Source: Mobula hypostoma (Eukaryota). From it: 64,000 nt of DNA. Below, one piece after another: positions 50,400-64,000 of this stretch (positions are counted from its first letter, which is position 1; every line of letters starts with the position of its first letter). The translations under genes were made by a program, and so were the position numbers. A model generated the notes under the pieces. It was given only the letters and a program-made list of their open reading frames with translations, made no database searches and was not told the DNA's origin. The DNA is taken from positions 19,716,001-19,780,000 of the forward strand of contig NC_086106.1 of assembly GCF_963921235.1 (NCBI RefSeq), written 5' to 3'.

Positions 50400-53080
50400 A
50401 TTTGCCACTAAAGATCCACTGAGAGCAATGGTGCCGGCTGGAAAACGCGCATCTCCACGAGGTATAGAGGCAAAGGAGTAGGCACTCTCATTCAGTGGAG
50501 ATGCGGACGCTTCCGTACTGCTCTCCGAGCAGTCTGCCTTTCAAATAATCGCTCCCTTACACATAAGATGGATGAGTTAGTAATATTCATCAGGATTACC
50601 AAGAACTATGTCTGTATTTCTGCCTTTTGTTTTGTTGAAATGAGGCTTAACTTGGACATACCAGACAACTTTGATCAAATACCAGGATCCCATCTACTTA
50701 TAGCAGAGCATAATATTACACTACGTGGTGATTCACACGTTGGTAGCTTATGCGTGTTTATAAATAACAGCAGGTGAATGGGCATGTCGGCCGTTCTTTT
50801 TCCTCTGCACTCTTAGAGGTTCCTTTCATTTATGTATAAACCATTCTACCTACCCAGGGAATTTCATTCTGATATCCTGGCCAGTATTTACATTCCTCCT
50901 CACACGAAAGCTCAGTTAGCACAACGGCCGTGGGCTGATGACATTTATGATTTGGAAAATAAATTTTCCAATATTGTCATTTTCATTATGGGGGATTTTA
51001 ACCATTGCAACATGAAACATGATCTGCCCAAATACCCCCAGATGACTGGCTGCCCCTTACATGAGGACAGAACGTTGGCCCATTTCTCTGCCAACATTGA
51101 AGGGGCATTCCGCTATTTTACCCAGGCACCCCTTGGTAACTCTGACCATGTCTGTTCCCAGTGAAAACTGGGACAGTCTAAACCAACCAAGAAAATCAGA
51201 CTCCTGATGTTGTTGGAAGGCTGAGAGACTGCTTAGGATCCACGGATTGGAGGGCCATGGGAAGGTTGGTGCAGCAGTATAGATGAATATCCTGACACTG
51301 TAACATCCTACGTGTCCTTCGGTGAAGATGTGTGTCTTCCTGGAAAGATCATTGTGAGGTATAACAACAGCAGGCCATGGTTCAGCAAGGAGTTGAGGAC
51401 TCTCAGATCTGCAAAGGATCATGCCTACAAGCCTGAAAACAGAGAGGAATACAGCTCTGCAAGACGCCAGTTTGATAAAGCCCTGAAAGTGACAAAAGCC
51501 ACTTACAAGGATTGGCTAGAGAGAGATTCAACAGTTATAGCCAGGCAGTCTGGAGTCTCCTGCAAAGTCTTACCAACTTCAAAGAGAAGTGCTCTCAATT
51601 CTACCCCTCCCCTACCTTTTCCAATCAGTTTTGTTGCTGATCTGATGAGGACAATCAGCATCTATCACTTCTCATTTCCTCTGACCCTGACATGTTCTAC
51701 CCCTAACCTCTCCCTTGCACAAACACTCCAATTTCACCATCACCCCATCACCCCAGCCCCATGCTTCTTCTTCAACCTTCCCCACCTCTTTCCCCCTCCC
51801 TCCATCTTACCCTATGCTTTTGGAGAAGCAAGAAGACATTTGCAAGCTATTTGGAAGACAGAACATTAGGAAAGTTGCCATCTCTGATGGTGCCTCCCCT
51901 TGTTATGAAGGCACTGTGCAGATCAGCCAGCACCTCTCTTCACTGAGATATTTAACACCTCCCTCCAACTATGCAGAGTTCTGGACTGCTTTGAAGTTGC
52001 TGCAATCAATCTAGTTCCCAAGAAAGACGAGATCACTGGACTTAATGATTATAGGCCAGTCGCTCTGACTTCAGCAGTTCTGAAAACCTTTGAACGTCTG
52101 CTAATGGCTTACATTACGTTCATTACTGATCCACTTGACCCCTTACAGTTTTCTTATTGAGGATGCAGTTAACCTGTGCCTTCATTACATTCTTCAACAA
52201 TTGACTCCCCCAACTCACATATTAGGATCTTGTTTGTGGATTTTAGCTCTGCCTTTAACACTATTGCTTTCTAGTTGTTCCACAGCAACCTCTAACCCTA
52301 CTAGCTTTACCCTACTGTATCTTTCAGAGGATTACAAACTTCCTGACAGGAAGAAGGCAGTATGTAAAACTGGGTTCCTACTTGTCCGATCCGATGTCTA
52401 TAAGCACAGGCTCTCCCTGGGGCTGTATTCTTGTTCTCACTTTACACAACTGACTGTACCTCCGCAGCCAACCCCACTAAAATCCTAAAGTTCATGGAAG
52501 ACACGACTATCTTTGCTCTCATCTCTAATAATGATGTGACCTGCTATCAAAAAAAGTTAGACCGTCTTGCAGCACGGTGTTCCCATGACAACTTATTTAA
52601 TACCACCAAGAGAACAGAAAGCCAACAACCCACTACCTGGCCAGGCTGTGTCTATGGTCAAATCATTCAAATTCCCAAGGACTACCATTACCAATGCACT
52701 GAAGTGGGACAAGCACGTTATCCTCATCACTGGGAAAGTCCAGCAGATAGTTCTTTCAATGCCAGCTTAGGAAACTTATCATCTCAGGGCATACCTTGAT
52801 GAATTTTAACTCAACCATCGTTGAGAGTGTTGTGCCACCTCCATCACCATTTGGTTTCCCACTGCCTCCTCCTTCTCCAAATCCAGCAGTGAAGACCGTT
52901 GGTTGTCAACTAACAATATCAAAAGACCTGTCTATCACCGGAGCAAAGAAAAGAGCTGAAAAATAACTGCTGACTCCACCTACCCCAGCTATCACCTATT
53001 CATCAAATTGCCATCAGGGAGAAGCTGCAGATCCATCTCCAGCAGGACTAGGCACCATCTCCAAAGCTATCCTTCTCAGC
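50400..53080 (+). mobile_element. Heavily degenerate near-full-length Rex1-like LINE
   Basis: APE remnants (YKPFYLPREF...IYIPP, MGDFNHCN), VRYNNSRPWFSKEL, and RT remnants (AATGATTATAGGCCAGTCGCTCTGAC, ALKWDKH). Confidence 0.75.
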
Positions 53081-54780
53081 AAAACTCACTCAAGTGTAGT
53101 ACCCTAACTGTCCCTGCATAACACCCATTAAATGGTGTTTCCTACTCTCTGTGTTCTTCTGATAATTATTGGGTCTGCTCTTAAGTTCACATTTAAGTTT
53201 GATTATTGACGTTACACATGTGATCATTCTGTGAGTTGTTGACTGCTCATGGCTGACTGCACTATTGTCTTGTAAGTTGCTGGTTGCTGTTGCAGTACCT
53301 GCTTTGGTATTGTCCTGTGGTTTTTTGCTCAGCACTGAGCCGCAATCAATTCTGGCAATAAAGTGATTTTGATTTCAATTTTAAGGATCTAGTCCTCAAT
53401 CCTCACATCAACATTGCCCAATATTTGTCCAACCCATTAAATAGTTGTGCAAGTAGTGGGCTTGTGGGCAGTGATGGGGTACGGGGCAGTTGACTCTAAT
53501 TGACCTGTTACTAGCTGGATTTCTGGAGCTGGTGTTGGGGGCAATATACCATGTCCATTGTCATTTCTACAGACTACAGTCACCCTAGCAGGGTAGATAT
53601 GCAGGTGGAGTAGGTTCCTGTCCTGTTGCTGCCAGATGGCTCTGATTTCCTAGAGAAGATCAGGGAGGATTTCTTCACCACTGATCCCTGCAGTGGAATT
53701 GTGATGAAGTTGAAGGTACCTGCCTCGGATGACGTGCCCAGTGAAGAGTGTGGAGCAAACTTGTAGATCACTAGCAGTGAACAGGAACTTAATGGGTGTG
53801 ATTTACAGTCAGATAGTGGACAGCCTTGTGCCCCCTGCTGTCTACCCTCATCCCATGGAGGAATTTTCCCAAAAATAACAAGGGGTCATCACTACACTAC
53901 CCACTGAGCATTGGTCAGAACTGATAAGTCTATCCTCGACTCTGAGGAGGAGAATGGCATGACTCCAGTCAAGTGGTGCCAGTTTAAGGGGTACCTTGCT
54001 GGGCTGATGAGGGAGTAGAAGGAGATGAGCAACCTCAGATTTAAAGTAAGGAGAACAAACAAAGATCATGGGGAATGCTGGTACAAATCACATGAGCAGA
54101 AAGAGGGTCTGAAGATGAATTTAGGAAGTTAAAAAAGGTCGTAATCTCAGAATTACTGCCCATATCAAGTTCAAGTTTAAGTTTATAGTCATTCAGCCAT
54201 AAGCATGTATACAATTAAATGAAGCATCATTGCTCTGGGAGCAGGGTGCAAACCACAGTACGTATGGTTACGATGTTTCATTCATAGGATACAGCATACA
54301 ATATACAGTATATATTTGGGTGGCTGGGTGGCGGGGAAGCGATACGCCCACTAACGGAGGTGTAGGGTGCTCTTTCCCTCTGCTAGCCTGCAGGTCACCC
54401 TTGGGCAAGGTGTAGCACTTGCATTGCCACCTGATCAGGGTCACATGAAGCCACGGGAGCAGGTGGTGAGTGAACGTATGAGCAGTTGGTGCATATCACA
54501 AGTCCTGGTTACGCAACCACTGATGCTGGGCAGACAATCTCTGAAGAGTATTGATGATGGCTGGGGTCACCCATCTTGTAAAGACACTGCCCAGAAGAAG
54601 GCAATGGCAAACCACTTCTGCAGAAAACTTTTCCAAGCACAAGCATGGTCATGGAAAGAGCATGATCAGCCATATCACACAACACGGCACATAATGAATG
54701 AACAGCATATATTTAGTTACGATACAGTATATATAGAGTTCGACAGAGTTCAAAGTAAGTTAATTATCACAATATATATA

Positions 54781-56524
54781 CAGTGCCTATAAAAAGTATT
54801 CAATACCCCCCCCCCCGGAAGTTTTCATGTTTTATGTTTTTACAACATTGAATCGCAGTGGACTTTTCGTATCAAAGTGAAAGCAAATTTCTACAGATTT
54901 GTCTAAATTCATCACAAATATTAAACACAAAATGATTGTGATTAGAGAGAGTCCAGAGGGGGTTCACAAGGATGATTCCGGGAATGAAGGGATTAACATA
55001 TGAAGAGCATTTGGCAACTTTGAGCCTGTACTCACTGGAATTTAGAAGAATGTAGGGAGAATCTCATTAAAACCTACTGAATGTTGAAAGGACTAGATCA
55101 GGTGAATGTGGAAAGGATGTTTTCTGTGATGGGGGTGTCCAGAACTAGAGGGCTCAGCCTCAAAAATGAGGGGTGACACTTTAGAACAGAAGTAAGGAAG
55201 AATTTTTTTAGCCAGAGAGTAGTGCAACTGTGGAATTCTTTGCCACAGACTGCAGTGAAGGCCAAGTCCGTGGGTATATTTAAAGCAAAAATTGATATTT
55301 TTCTGATTGGTCAGGACATCAAAGGATATGGCGAGAACGCAGTGTATGGGGTTGAGTGGGATCCCGGATCAGCCATGATGAAGTAGCAGAGCAGACTCAA
55401 TGGGTTGAATGGCCTAATTCTGCCACAAATGAGAAAATCTGCGGATGCTAGATATCCAAGCAACAGACACAAAATGCTGAAGGAACTTAGCAGGCCAGGC
55501 AGCATCTATGGAAAAGAGAATGGTCAACATTTCAGGCCAAAACCCTTCAGCAGGACTGTAGAAAAGAAGCTGAGGAGTAAATTTAAATGGTTGGGGGAGG
55601 GAAGAGAGAAGCCAGCTGATAGGTGAAACTTAGAGGGGAAGGTATAAAGCAAAGAGCTAGGAAGTTGATTGATGAAAGAGACAGAAGGCCATGGAAGGGA
55701 GAAAGAGGTGGGAGAGGAGCACCAGAGGGAGGCGCTGGGCGGGCAAGGAGATAACATGAGAGAGGGAAAAGGAGATGGGAAATGGTGAAGTTGGGCGGGG
55801 GGGGGAGGGGGGAGGCATTACCGGAAGTGTGAGAAATTGATATTCATGCCATCAGGTTGGAGGCTACCCAAACGGAATATAAGATGTTGTTCCTCCACCC
55901 TAAGTGTGACCTGCCTCATCACGACAGTAGAGGAGGCATGGATGGACATATCGGAATGGGAATGGGAAGTGGAATTCAAATGGGTGACCAGTAGGAGATC
56001 CCGCTTGTTCTGGCAGTCAGAGCGTAGATGCACGGCGAAACAGTCTCCCAATTTATGTCGGGTCTCACTGATATACAGGAAGCCACACCAGGAGTACTGA
56101 ACACAGTATTTGACCCCAACAGACTCACAGGTGAGGTGTCGCCTCACCTGGAAGGACTGTTTGGGGCCCTGAATGGTAGTGAGGGAAGAGGTGCAGGGGC
56201 AGGTGTAGCACTTGTTCCGCTTGCAAGTTTAAGAGCCAGGCGGGATGTGACTTATAAAACCAACTGGCTGCACCAGTGATGAATTGGTGTGTCATATTCA
56301 AGGGGGTGAATACTAATGCAATCAATTATTTTGTGTTTTATATTTGTAATTAATTTAGATTGATTTGTAGAGAGTCTGTTTTCGCTTTAACATGGAAGAG
56401 TCTTTTTCTGCTGATGTGTCAAAAAAGCCAAATTAAATCGACTGTGAGTCAATGTTATACAACAACAAAACATGAAAACTTCCGGGGTGGGGGGTGCGGG
56501 GGTGAGTACTTTTTATAGGCACTG
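54781..56524 (-). mobile_element. Tc1 IR/DR deletion derivative (same family as 16058) containing nested CR1 (~54945-55430) and Penelope (~55430-56240) fragments
   Basis: TA|CAGTGCCTATAAAAAGTATTC ... TACTTTTTATAGGCACTG|TA. 56246-56524 is the reverse complement of the left end of the 16058 element. Confidence 0.85.
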
Positions 56525-56714
56525 TATGCCACCATATACAGCCCTGAGATTCAGTATCTTGTGGGCATTCACAGTAAATTTTAGAAACACAATACAATCA
56601 ATGAAAGACTGCTCCCAACAGAACAAACAACTAATATGAAAAAGACAAACTGTATAGATGCAAAAAATAAGAAAAAGAAAAGAAATAATAGTAAATGAAT
56701 AAATTGATTGCTTG

Positions 56715-56810
56715 ATTAACTTATAAGTAGATGAATGAATGGATAAATAGACAGATAAATGGATGGATGGATAGATAGTTAGATAGATGAGTGAATGAAT
56801 AAGTAAGCAA
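56715..56810. repeat. Imperfect GGAT/GATA/GAAT simple repeat
   Basis: …GGATGGATGGATAGATAGTTAGATAGATGAGTGAATGAAT…. Confidence 0.75.
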
Positions 56811-56829
56811 TCAAATAATAAATACTGAG

Positions 56830-57900
56830 AACAATAGATGAAGAGTCCTTGAAAGTTAGTCCACAGGTTGTCAGAATGTTTTATTGATGGGACAAGTGAA
56901 GTTGATTGAAGTAATCCCTTTGGTTCAAGCGCCTGATGTTTGAAGGGTCATAAATGTTTCTGAACCTGAGGGTGTGGGTCCTGAGTCTCCTGTATCTCCT
57001 TCCTGATGGCAGCAGTGATTGGAGAGCATGGCCTGAGTAGTGGGGTCCTTGATGATTAATGCTGCTTTCCTGCGACAGCGCTCCATGTAGGTGTACTCGG
57101 TGTGGGGAAGATTTTACCTGTGATGAACTGGGCTGTATCCACCACTTTTTGTAGGCTTTTCCATTCAAGAGCTTTGGTAGTTCCATGATGCAAGCAGTCA
57201 ATATACTCTCCACTGCGCATCTAGTTTGTCAAAGTTTTGGATGACACGCCAAATCTAAGCAAACATCTAAGGAAGTGGACGTGCTGCCGTCTTTTCTTCA
57301 TAATGGCACTCAGTGCTGGACCCATGACAGATTCTATGAAATGATAACACCGAGAAACTTAATATTGCTGACCCTATCAACTTCTGATTCGCCCAATGGA
57401 CCTCCAAATTTCTCCACCTGAATTCAATAATCAACTTCTTGGTCTTGCTGACATTGTGGCACCACTCAACCAGGTTTTCAATCTCCCTCCTGATTCGTCA
57501 CCTCCTTTGATTTGATCAACGACAGTGGTGTCGTCAACAAACTTAAATATGGCATTGGAGCTGTGCTTAGCCTCACAGTCATAAGTATAACGGGAGTAGA
57601 GCAGGGGGCTAAGCACACAGCCTTGTGGTGCACCTGTGCTGATGGAGATTGCGGAGATGTTGCTGCCAGTCTGAACTGACTGGGGTCTACAAGTGAGGAA
57701 ATCAAGGATCCAATTGCACAAGGAGGTATTGAGGCCAAGGTCTTGAAGCTTATTGATTACTTTTGAGGGCATGATAGAATTGAATTCCAGGCTGTAGTCA
57801 ATGAAGAGCATCCGGATGTATGTCTCTTCACTGTCCAGATATTCTAGGGTTCAGTGAAGAGCCAACAAAATGGAATTTGATGTTGCTCTATTGACCTGTT
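56830..57900 (-). mobile_element. Rex1/L2-type LINE RT fragment
   Basis: 57431-57811 encodes [13 protein letters not shown]...[15 protein letters not shown]...[10 protein letters not shown]. Confidence 0.85.
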
Positions 57901-57955
57901 GTGATGGTAGGCAAATGGGAGTGGATGCAAGTGGCTTCTTAGTCAGCAGATGATA

Positions 57956-58750
57956 CAGTGGGTGCTAGAAAGTTTATGAACTCTCTAGAATTTTCTCTAC
58001 TTCTGCATAAATATTATCTAAAATGTGATGATATTTTCTTGTAAGTCCTAACAGTAGATGAACAGACCCCAACTAAATAAATAACACAAAAAACATTTAT
58101 ACTTGTTCATATATTTATTGAGAAAAATGATAAAATATTACATGTATTTGTTGGAAACAGTTTGTGAATCTCTGGGTAATGCCTTCCACGAAGGCTATTT
58201 AGAGTCAGGTGTTCCAGTCAGTGAGATGAGATTGGAGGTGTGGGTTGCGGAGGTAAAAAGGATACACTAAGTCAGGTTACTGACAGTGTCTGCTCTTCTC
58301 AGGTAAGATCTGTTTATATGCACTATGCCTTGATCAAAACAACTTTCAGAGGACCTTAGCAGTAGAATTGCAGAGATGCCTGGGGCTAGGAAAGGCGACA
58401 AAAGCACTTCTAAAGAACTGAGTGTCCGTCAGTCCACAGTAAGAGAAATTGTCTACAAGTGGAGAAAACTCAGTACGGTTGCTACTCTTCCTAGGAGTGG
58501 GCATCCTGCAAAGATCACATCAAGAGCACAACTTGCAATGCTGAAGGTGGTGAAAAAGAACCCAAAGGTTACAGCAAAAGATTTGCAGAAATCTCTGGAA
58601 CTTGCTAAAATTTCTGTTCATGTGTCCACTATAAGAAAAACACTGAACAAGAATGGTGTTCATGGAAGGACACCGCAGAGGAAACCACTACTTTCCAAAA
58701 AAAACATTGCTACACGTCCCAAGTTTGCAAAAGACCGCCTGGATGTTCTT
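57956..58750 (+). mobile_element. Truncated Tc1 element of a second family (left end plus DNA-binding domain)
   Basis: TA|CAGTGGGTGCTAGAAAGTTT. 58376-58745 encodes STVREIVYKWRK...LPRSGHPAKIT...VHVSTIRKTLNKNGVHGRTPQRKPLL. No DDE domain. Confidence 0.85.
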
Positions 58751-59379
58751 TTCGCTAATTGGATCCAAAATTGGCTTTATTATAGGGAGGCAGAGGGTGG
58801 CAGAAGGAAGGATGCTTTTCTGACTAGAAATCTGTGATCACGGTGCACCAAAAGTATTGCTGCTTGGTACCGTGTGTACCTAATAAAGTGGACACTGAGC
58901 GTATGTTCATGGTCTTCTGCTGGGGTAACCTATCAACTTCAAGATTCGATACATTGTGCATTCAGAGACATTCGTTTGCACACTATTGCTGTAACTGTTG
59001 CCTTCGTATTAGCTTGAACCAGCCTGGCCATTCTCCTCTGACCTGTTCATTAACAAGACACTTTCACCCACACAACAACCACTCACTGTATGTCTTTTTG
59101 GGGTTTTTTTTTTTGCACCATTCTCTGTAAACTCTAGAGACCTTGTGTGTGAAAATCCCAGGAGACCAGCAGTTTCTGAGCTACTCAACCCTTCTGCCAC
59201 CAACAATCATTCCACGGTCAAAGTCACTTGGATCACATTTCTTCCCCATTCTGATGTTTGGTCTGAACAACAACTTGCGTGCTTTTATGCATTGATTTGC
59301 AGATACATGGTTGGCTCATAAGATATTTGCATTAACAGGCAGGTGTACAGAATAAAGTGGCCTTTGAGTATATGACCTG

Positions 59380-60320
59380 ACTAGGAATGTAAGAGGAATG
59401 ATTAGTAACTTCATGAGATAACATACATTTGGTGGTGTTGTGGATAGTGAGGATGATTCCCTAAGGGTGCAGCAAAATATAGAGTAGATAGAAAGATACA
59501 TACAACATGGGCAGGTGGACTGTAGTCTCAACAAGTGTGAAAGATTATGGGGACCAGGCAGGAGAATGGGGTTGAGAGGGGAAATAACTCAGGCATGAGC
59601 GAATGGCAGAGCAGACTCAATGGCTGAATGGCCTACTTCTGGTTCTATGTCTTATGGTCTATGGGCATAGAATTCAACTAAGGGTAGGACATACACAGTG
59701 GTAGCTAAAGAATGGGGGACACATGGATAGAATGGTGAAGAGAAGGTTTGCCTTTATAGATTGGAACATAGAGTATTAAAGCTAGATGGTTATATTACAA
59801 CTTTGTAAATCATTGATTAGACCACACTCGGAGTATTGAGATCGCATCTGGCTTGACGCTACAGGAAGGCTGGGGTTGAGCTGAAGAAGGAGTAAAAGAG
59901 ATTCATCACAATGTTACCTGAACTGGAGGTCCTGAGCTTAATAGAGATATTGGATCAGGTGGACTAGTTTTCCCTGCAGCAAAAGAAGCAGAGAGGTGAC
60001 CTTGTACAGTTATATAGGATCAGAGAAGGATAATTAGACAGAATCTTGTTCTAAGGTTAGGGACAGAGGCATAAAAATATGAAGGTTTTAAGATGAGGTG
60101 AAGGAGTTTTGAAGAAAATTTGAGGGGCAGTTCCTTTTTGTTTTGTACACAGACATCTGGAACTCACTGCCAGAGGAGGTGAGAAATTTTGACAGGCAGT
60201 TGAACAGACAAGGCACAGAGGATACGGGACTAGTGCAGGCAAGTGGGCTTAATGTTGATGGGCAGGAAGATCAATATAGAGATCGTGGATCAAAGGACAG
60301 TTTCTGTGCTGTATAGTTCT
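59380..60320 (+). mobile_element. Old CR1 fragments
   Basis: Decayed RT C-terminus and 3' UTR sequence. Confidence 0.6.
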
Positions 60321-61299
60321 GCAGCATTTCATGTACGCCAAACAAGAGGTGGGAGTTTGAGATTGGGTATCTCAGGAGGTACTTGGCTTGGTCCCACCAG
60401 GTTGAGCCACTGGAGACCTGGTTCTGTGGCAGATATACAAATGTGAAAAGGGTGCATTGAGGGGCCTCCAATGAGAGATCACAAGACCAGATTTAGCCCA
60501 GGCCTCGCACTTCTGCTGGTTTTTAGAGTGGAAAACCCATTGCACTGAAGCAGTTCCACCCTCTCGACCTCAGAAACCTGGGTCCAGTGGTACGAACAAG
60601 TGTCTCCCTTGGCTGCAGTGGGTGACTCCAGGGAGGTGGCATCGGATGCCAGGGCATGTCCCTATCTCACTGGGGTATGAGGCCACCGGCTACCCTCACC
60701 TGGTTTAGCCCACCTGTTGAAGCAGTGTGCTAGTGTGTGGCCACTGTCGCATGCAAACAGCTACTTGGAGCAAGGGGTGAGAGCTGAGTGTCCAGTGGAG
60801 ACCAAAGGTGAGTGAGCCGCCTCAGAACGGACACGACAACCCCCTTCACCAGAGGTGCTACCCCTCCCTGGACACCCCATACACCCCAAGCACTCGCCTT
60901 TCTACTTGTTGGAAAAATGTCCACGGGTTTATAAGCTTGAAGTTCCACCTGGATTGAGGCATTGGGGACCTGCCCTTGTGGCAGATGTACATGCAAAAAG
61001 TGTGTATTGAGAGACCTCGAGCTTGAAGTCATCAAACCCGATTTAAAGAGATCAGAGAAACGTGCACAAAATGCTAAAAGAACTCAGCAGGCCAGGCAAC
61101 ATCAAGAAAAAGAGTACAGTCGATGTTTTGGGCCAAAACCCTTCCTGTACTCTTTTCATATCCTTCTCCATATTAAAAGCAGAGGAGAAATATTCAGTTA
61201 ATGACCTTGCCATTTTCCCGTTGCTCTGCACAGAAATGTCCACCTTGGTCTATGAAGGCCAAAATTGTCTCTCTCCAGCTACACCCTCCATTATTATTC

Positions 61300-64000
61300 T
61301 TACAAAATCTCATTGCTTTCTCTGCTAAAGACATCTCATACATCTTTTTTTGCCAAACTGATTTCTTTCCTGCATCCCCTATACATGTCCGGGTGTTCAC
61401 TTGATCCCAGCTGCCTATATGTGACCCGTTTCTCCCTTTTCCTGACAAGATTATCAATGTCCCTCATCATCTAGCTTCTCTACTCTTGTCAGCCTTGACC
61501 TTCTCTCCAATATGTAGACATTGAACTCTCAATACTTCACTTTCAAAAGCCTCCCACTTTCTAAATGTCCGTTTTGCCTGCAAACAACCTTCTCTAATCA
61601 ACTTTGATAAGTTCCTGTCTAGTGCAATAAATATTTCCCTTGCCCCAATTTAGTTCAACTTGTGAACCTGATCTGTCCTTTTTGTATAAACATAAAACCT
61701 TGGTCATTTGTCCAAAGTGCCCACCCTCACTGTCACATCAGACACTTGTCCTGCCCTATTTCCCAAGAGTAGGTCAACCATTGTCCTTTCCCTCATAGCA
61801 TACATCTGTATACCTGCTCGTTAATGCAAGTATCTAATGAGCCAATCAGGTGGCAACAAGTCAATGCATAAAGGTATGCAGATGTGGCCAAGAGGTTCAG
61901 TTGTTGTGCAGACCACACATCAGAATGGGGAAGAAATGTAATCTAAGTGATTCTAACCATGGAATGCTTGTTGGTGCCAGACAGGGTGGTTTGAGTATCT
62001 CAGAAACTGTTGACATCCTGAGATTTTCATTCACTGCAGTCTCTACAGACTGCAGAGAATGGTGCAAAAATCAAAGAATAACATCCAGTAAGTGTAAGTT
62101 CTATGGAAGAAGATGCCTTGTTAATAAGAGGGGTCAGAGGAGAATGGCCAGACTGGTTCAAGCTGACAAGAAGGCAAGAGTAACTTAAATAACCACTCGT
62201 TACCACAATGATTTGCAAAAGAGTATCTCTGAATGTACAACACATCCAACATTGAAGTGGATTGGCTACAACAGCAGAAGACCACAAACATACAAGACGA
62301 GCCTAAATGAGTGAGGAAACCTTTCTGAACACTCTTAAACTCCACCCCATCTCAGCCTTTATTACCATGAGATTTCCTGTCTATCTTAGGAAAGTTAAAA
62401 TCTCCTACCATGACAGACCTATTCTTACAACTATTTGTAACCGCACTGCATATTTGTTCCTCTGATTCCCTTGAACTCTAAAAGGGTCAATAGTACAATC
62501 CCACCAAGGAGACCATCCCCTGCTTGTTTTGCTGATCCATCTATGAAGCCTGACTGGATAGTGCCCTCGGTAATTTCATCTTGAGCTACTGCTGTCACAT
62601 TCTCCGTAATCAGAAATGCAACCACACTTTCTTTCCTCCACTTCCGTTCCAGCTGGAGCACCTGTACCCTGGAACATTTAGCTGCCATTTCCTGTCCCTC
62701 TATTAGCATTGTTCTGTAATGGTTATAATATCCCAGTATAATTGACTACCCATTGTCCTGAGTTCATCCACCTTATCTATCCGGCCTTTTGCATTGACGT
62801 ACATGTAATTTAATCCAACAGCCTTACCTTGCTCTCTGCCTACCACAGTTTGTCTAACTGGCATTGAATTCTGTCTCGATTTCTGGCAACGTATCTGCCT
62901 CTCTGCTACTCACCCTCCCTGGTAGCATAAACCAGGTTAATTGGCACCCCTCCAGTTCAAGTACAACCCGACCCTCTTATACATGTCACTTCTGCCCCTG
63001 AACAGACCCCAATAGTCCATAAGACTGAATCCCTGCTGTCTGCATCAAATTTTCCACCATGCAGTCCTCTTCCGCATCATAAGACTGTAAGACCATATCC
63101 TCCTTGTCTTATTCTCGTTAGCACATGGCACAGTGATTAATCCAGAGATTTCCACCCTTGTCCTCTTCCCTGACTCCCTGATATTCACTCTGCCGGCTCT
63201 CATCCCTTTCTCTACCGATTGGTGTTGGTGCTAATGTGCAGCACCATTTTGAGTTGCTCACCCTCCCTGTTAAAAATGCTCTGCATGTAGGAGTCAACAC
63301 ACCATCCTGGGATCCATTTTATGACCACAGAGCCTCCTGTCTGTCTCCTCCCAGCTATTGAGTCTCCTGTCAGTAAAAGCCCATCTTGCCCACAGTGCAC
63401 CCTGGTACCACAGCCTTGGCAGAATAGCCACTCACACCACAGTATCCAAAATGCTGTATTTGGTTTGCAAGTGCTTTCAAGAAGAGTAGCCACAGGATCA
63501 ACCTGCATTATTGTCTCCACTCTCTATTTTTCCTGATGGCCACCCAACTACCTTCGGCCTGCATCTTATGTGAGGCTACCTCACTGTCACTCTTATCTAT
63601 GATGCTCTCAGTATCGCAGTTTCTTAAGTGCATCCAGCTTCAGCTCCTTATTGCAGCCTACAAGCATTTTCTACAGGTGTAGTCCTCAGTGACACTGCGA
63701 GTCTCCACGGTCCCCCACATTCTGAAGAACAAGCATACCACTATCCTAACTGCTACCCTGGAGCTCCAAGAACAAATATTCAAGTTGTTAAACCTTGCCT
63801 GTGCTTACATTGATTCTTACCTCCGTTCAGCCTCTTCGCTGATATGTCACAGCTAAGGCATCATCATTCTAGCTTCAAGCACCCCATTTGCAACCCAAGC
63901 AGAGCTCCTCTGCAGCCTGCCTCACTGTTATATCTGCAAAACCGAGTTTGAAACGATGTTGCTTCCTCCCTTCTGCTGCTAAAGCTGCTGGGTCTGTTGT
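61300..64000 (-). mobile_element. Degenerate CR1 fragments (interrupted by the 61800-62290 Tc1-like element)
   Basis: Minus-strand endonuclease and ORF1-end remnants similar to 28730-31730. Confidence 0.6.

Noticed and set aside
1-64000. CRISPR arrays, rRNA, operons or other prokaryotic systems
   Set aside because: None seen; the DNA is vertebrate with spliceosomal introns and vertebrate transposons.

Overview
Repeat-saturated vertebrate DNA; the Ig organisation and repeat complement indicate a cartilaginous fish (shark/ray), and no prokaryotic systems are seen. Most of the window is decayed CR1, Rex1/Babar and Penelope (GIY-YIG) retroelements and Tc1 transposons, plus one Chapaev3-like element and one solo LTR. 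The host content is two consecutive, same-strand immunoglobulin heavy-chain clusters. (1) The 3' end of one cluster: a transmembrane exon at 6093-6235 with a CART-type motif, a probable cytoplasmic-tail exon (VQQ*) at 11825 and AATAAA at 11962. (2) About 30 kb downstream, the 5' end of the next cluster: promoter, leader exon, an open VH exon already fused in the genome to D-like sequence and carrying a 12-spacer RSS, then a single 23-RSS JH. This is a partially germline-joined VD-J cluster, probably IgW-like, in a CpG-rich island. I found no constant exon in the 20.7 kb after J. That intron carries an octamer-containing solo LTR and an uninterrupted CR1 ORF2. Repeat boundaries are by eye and approximate unless a TSD or splice site is quoted.
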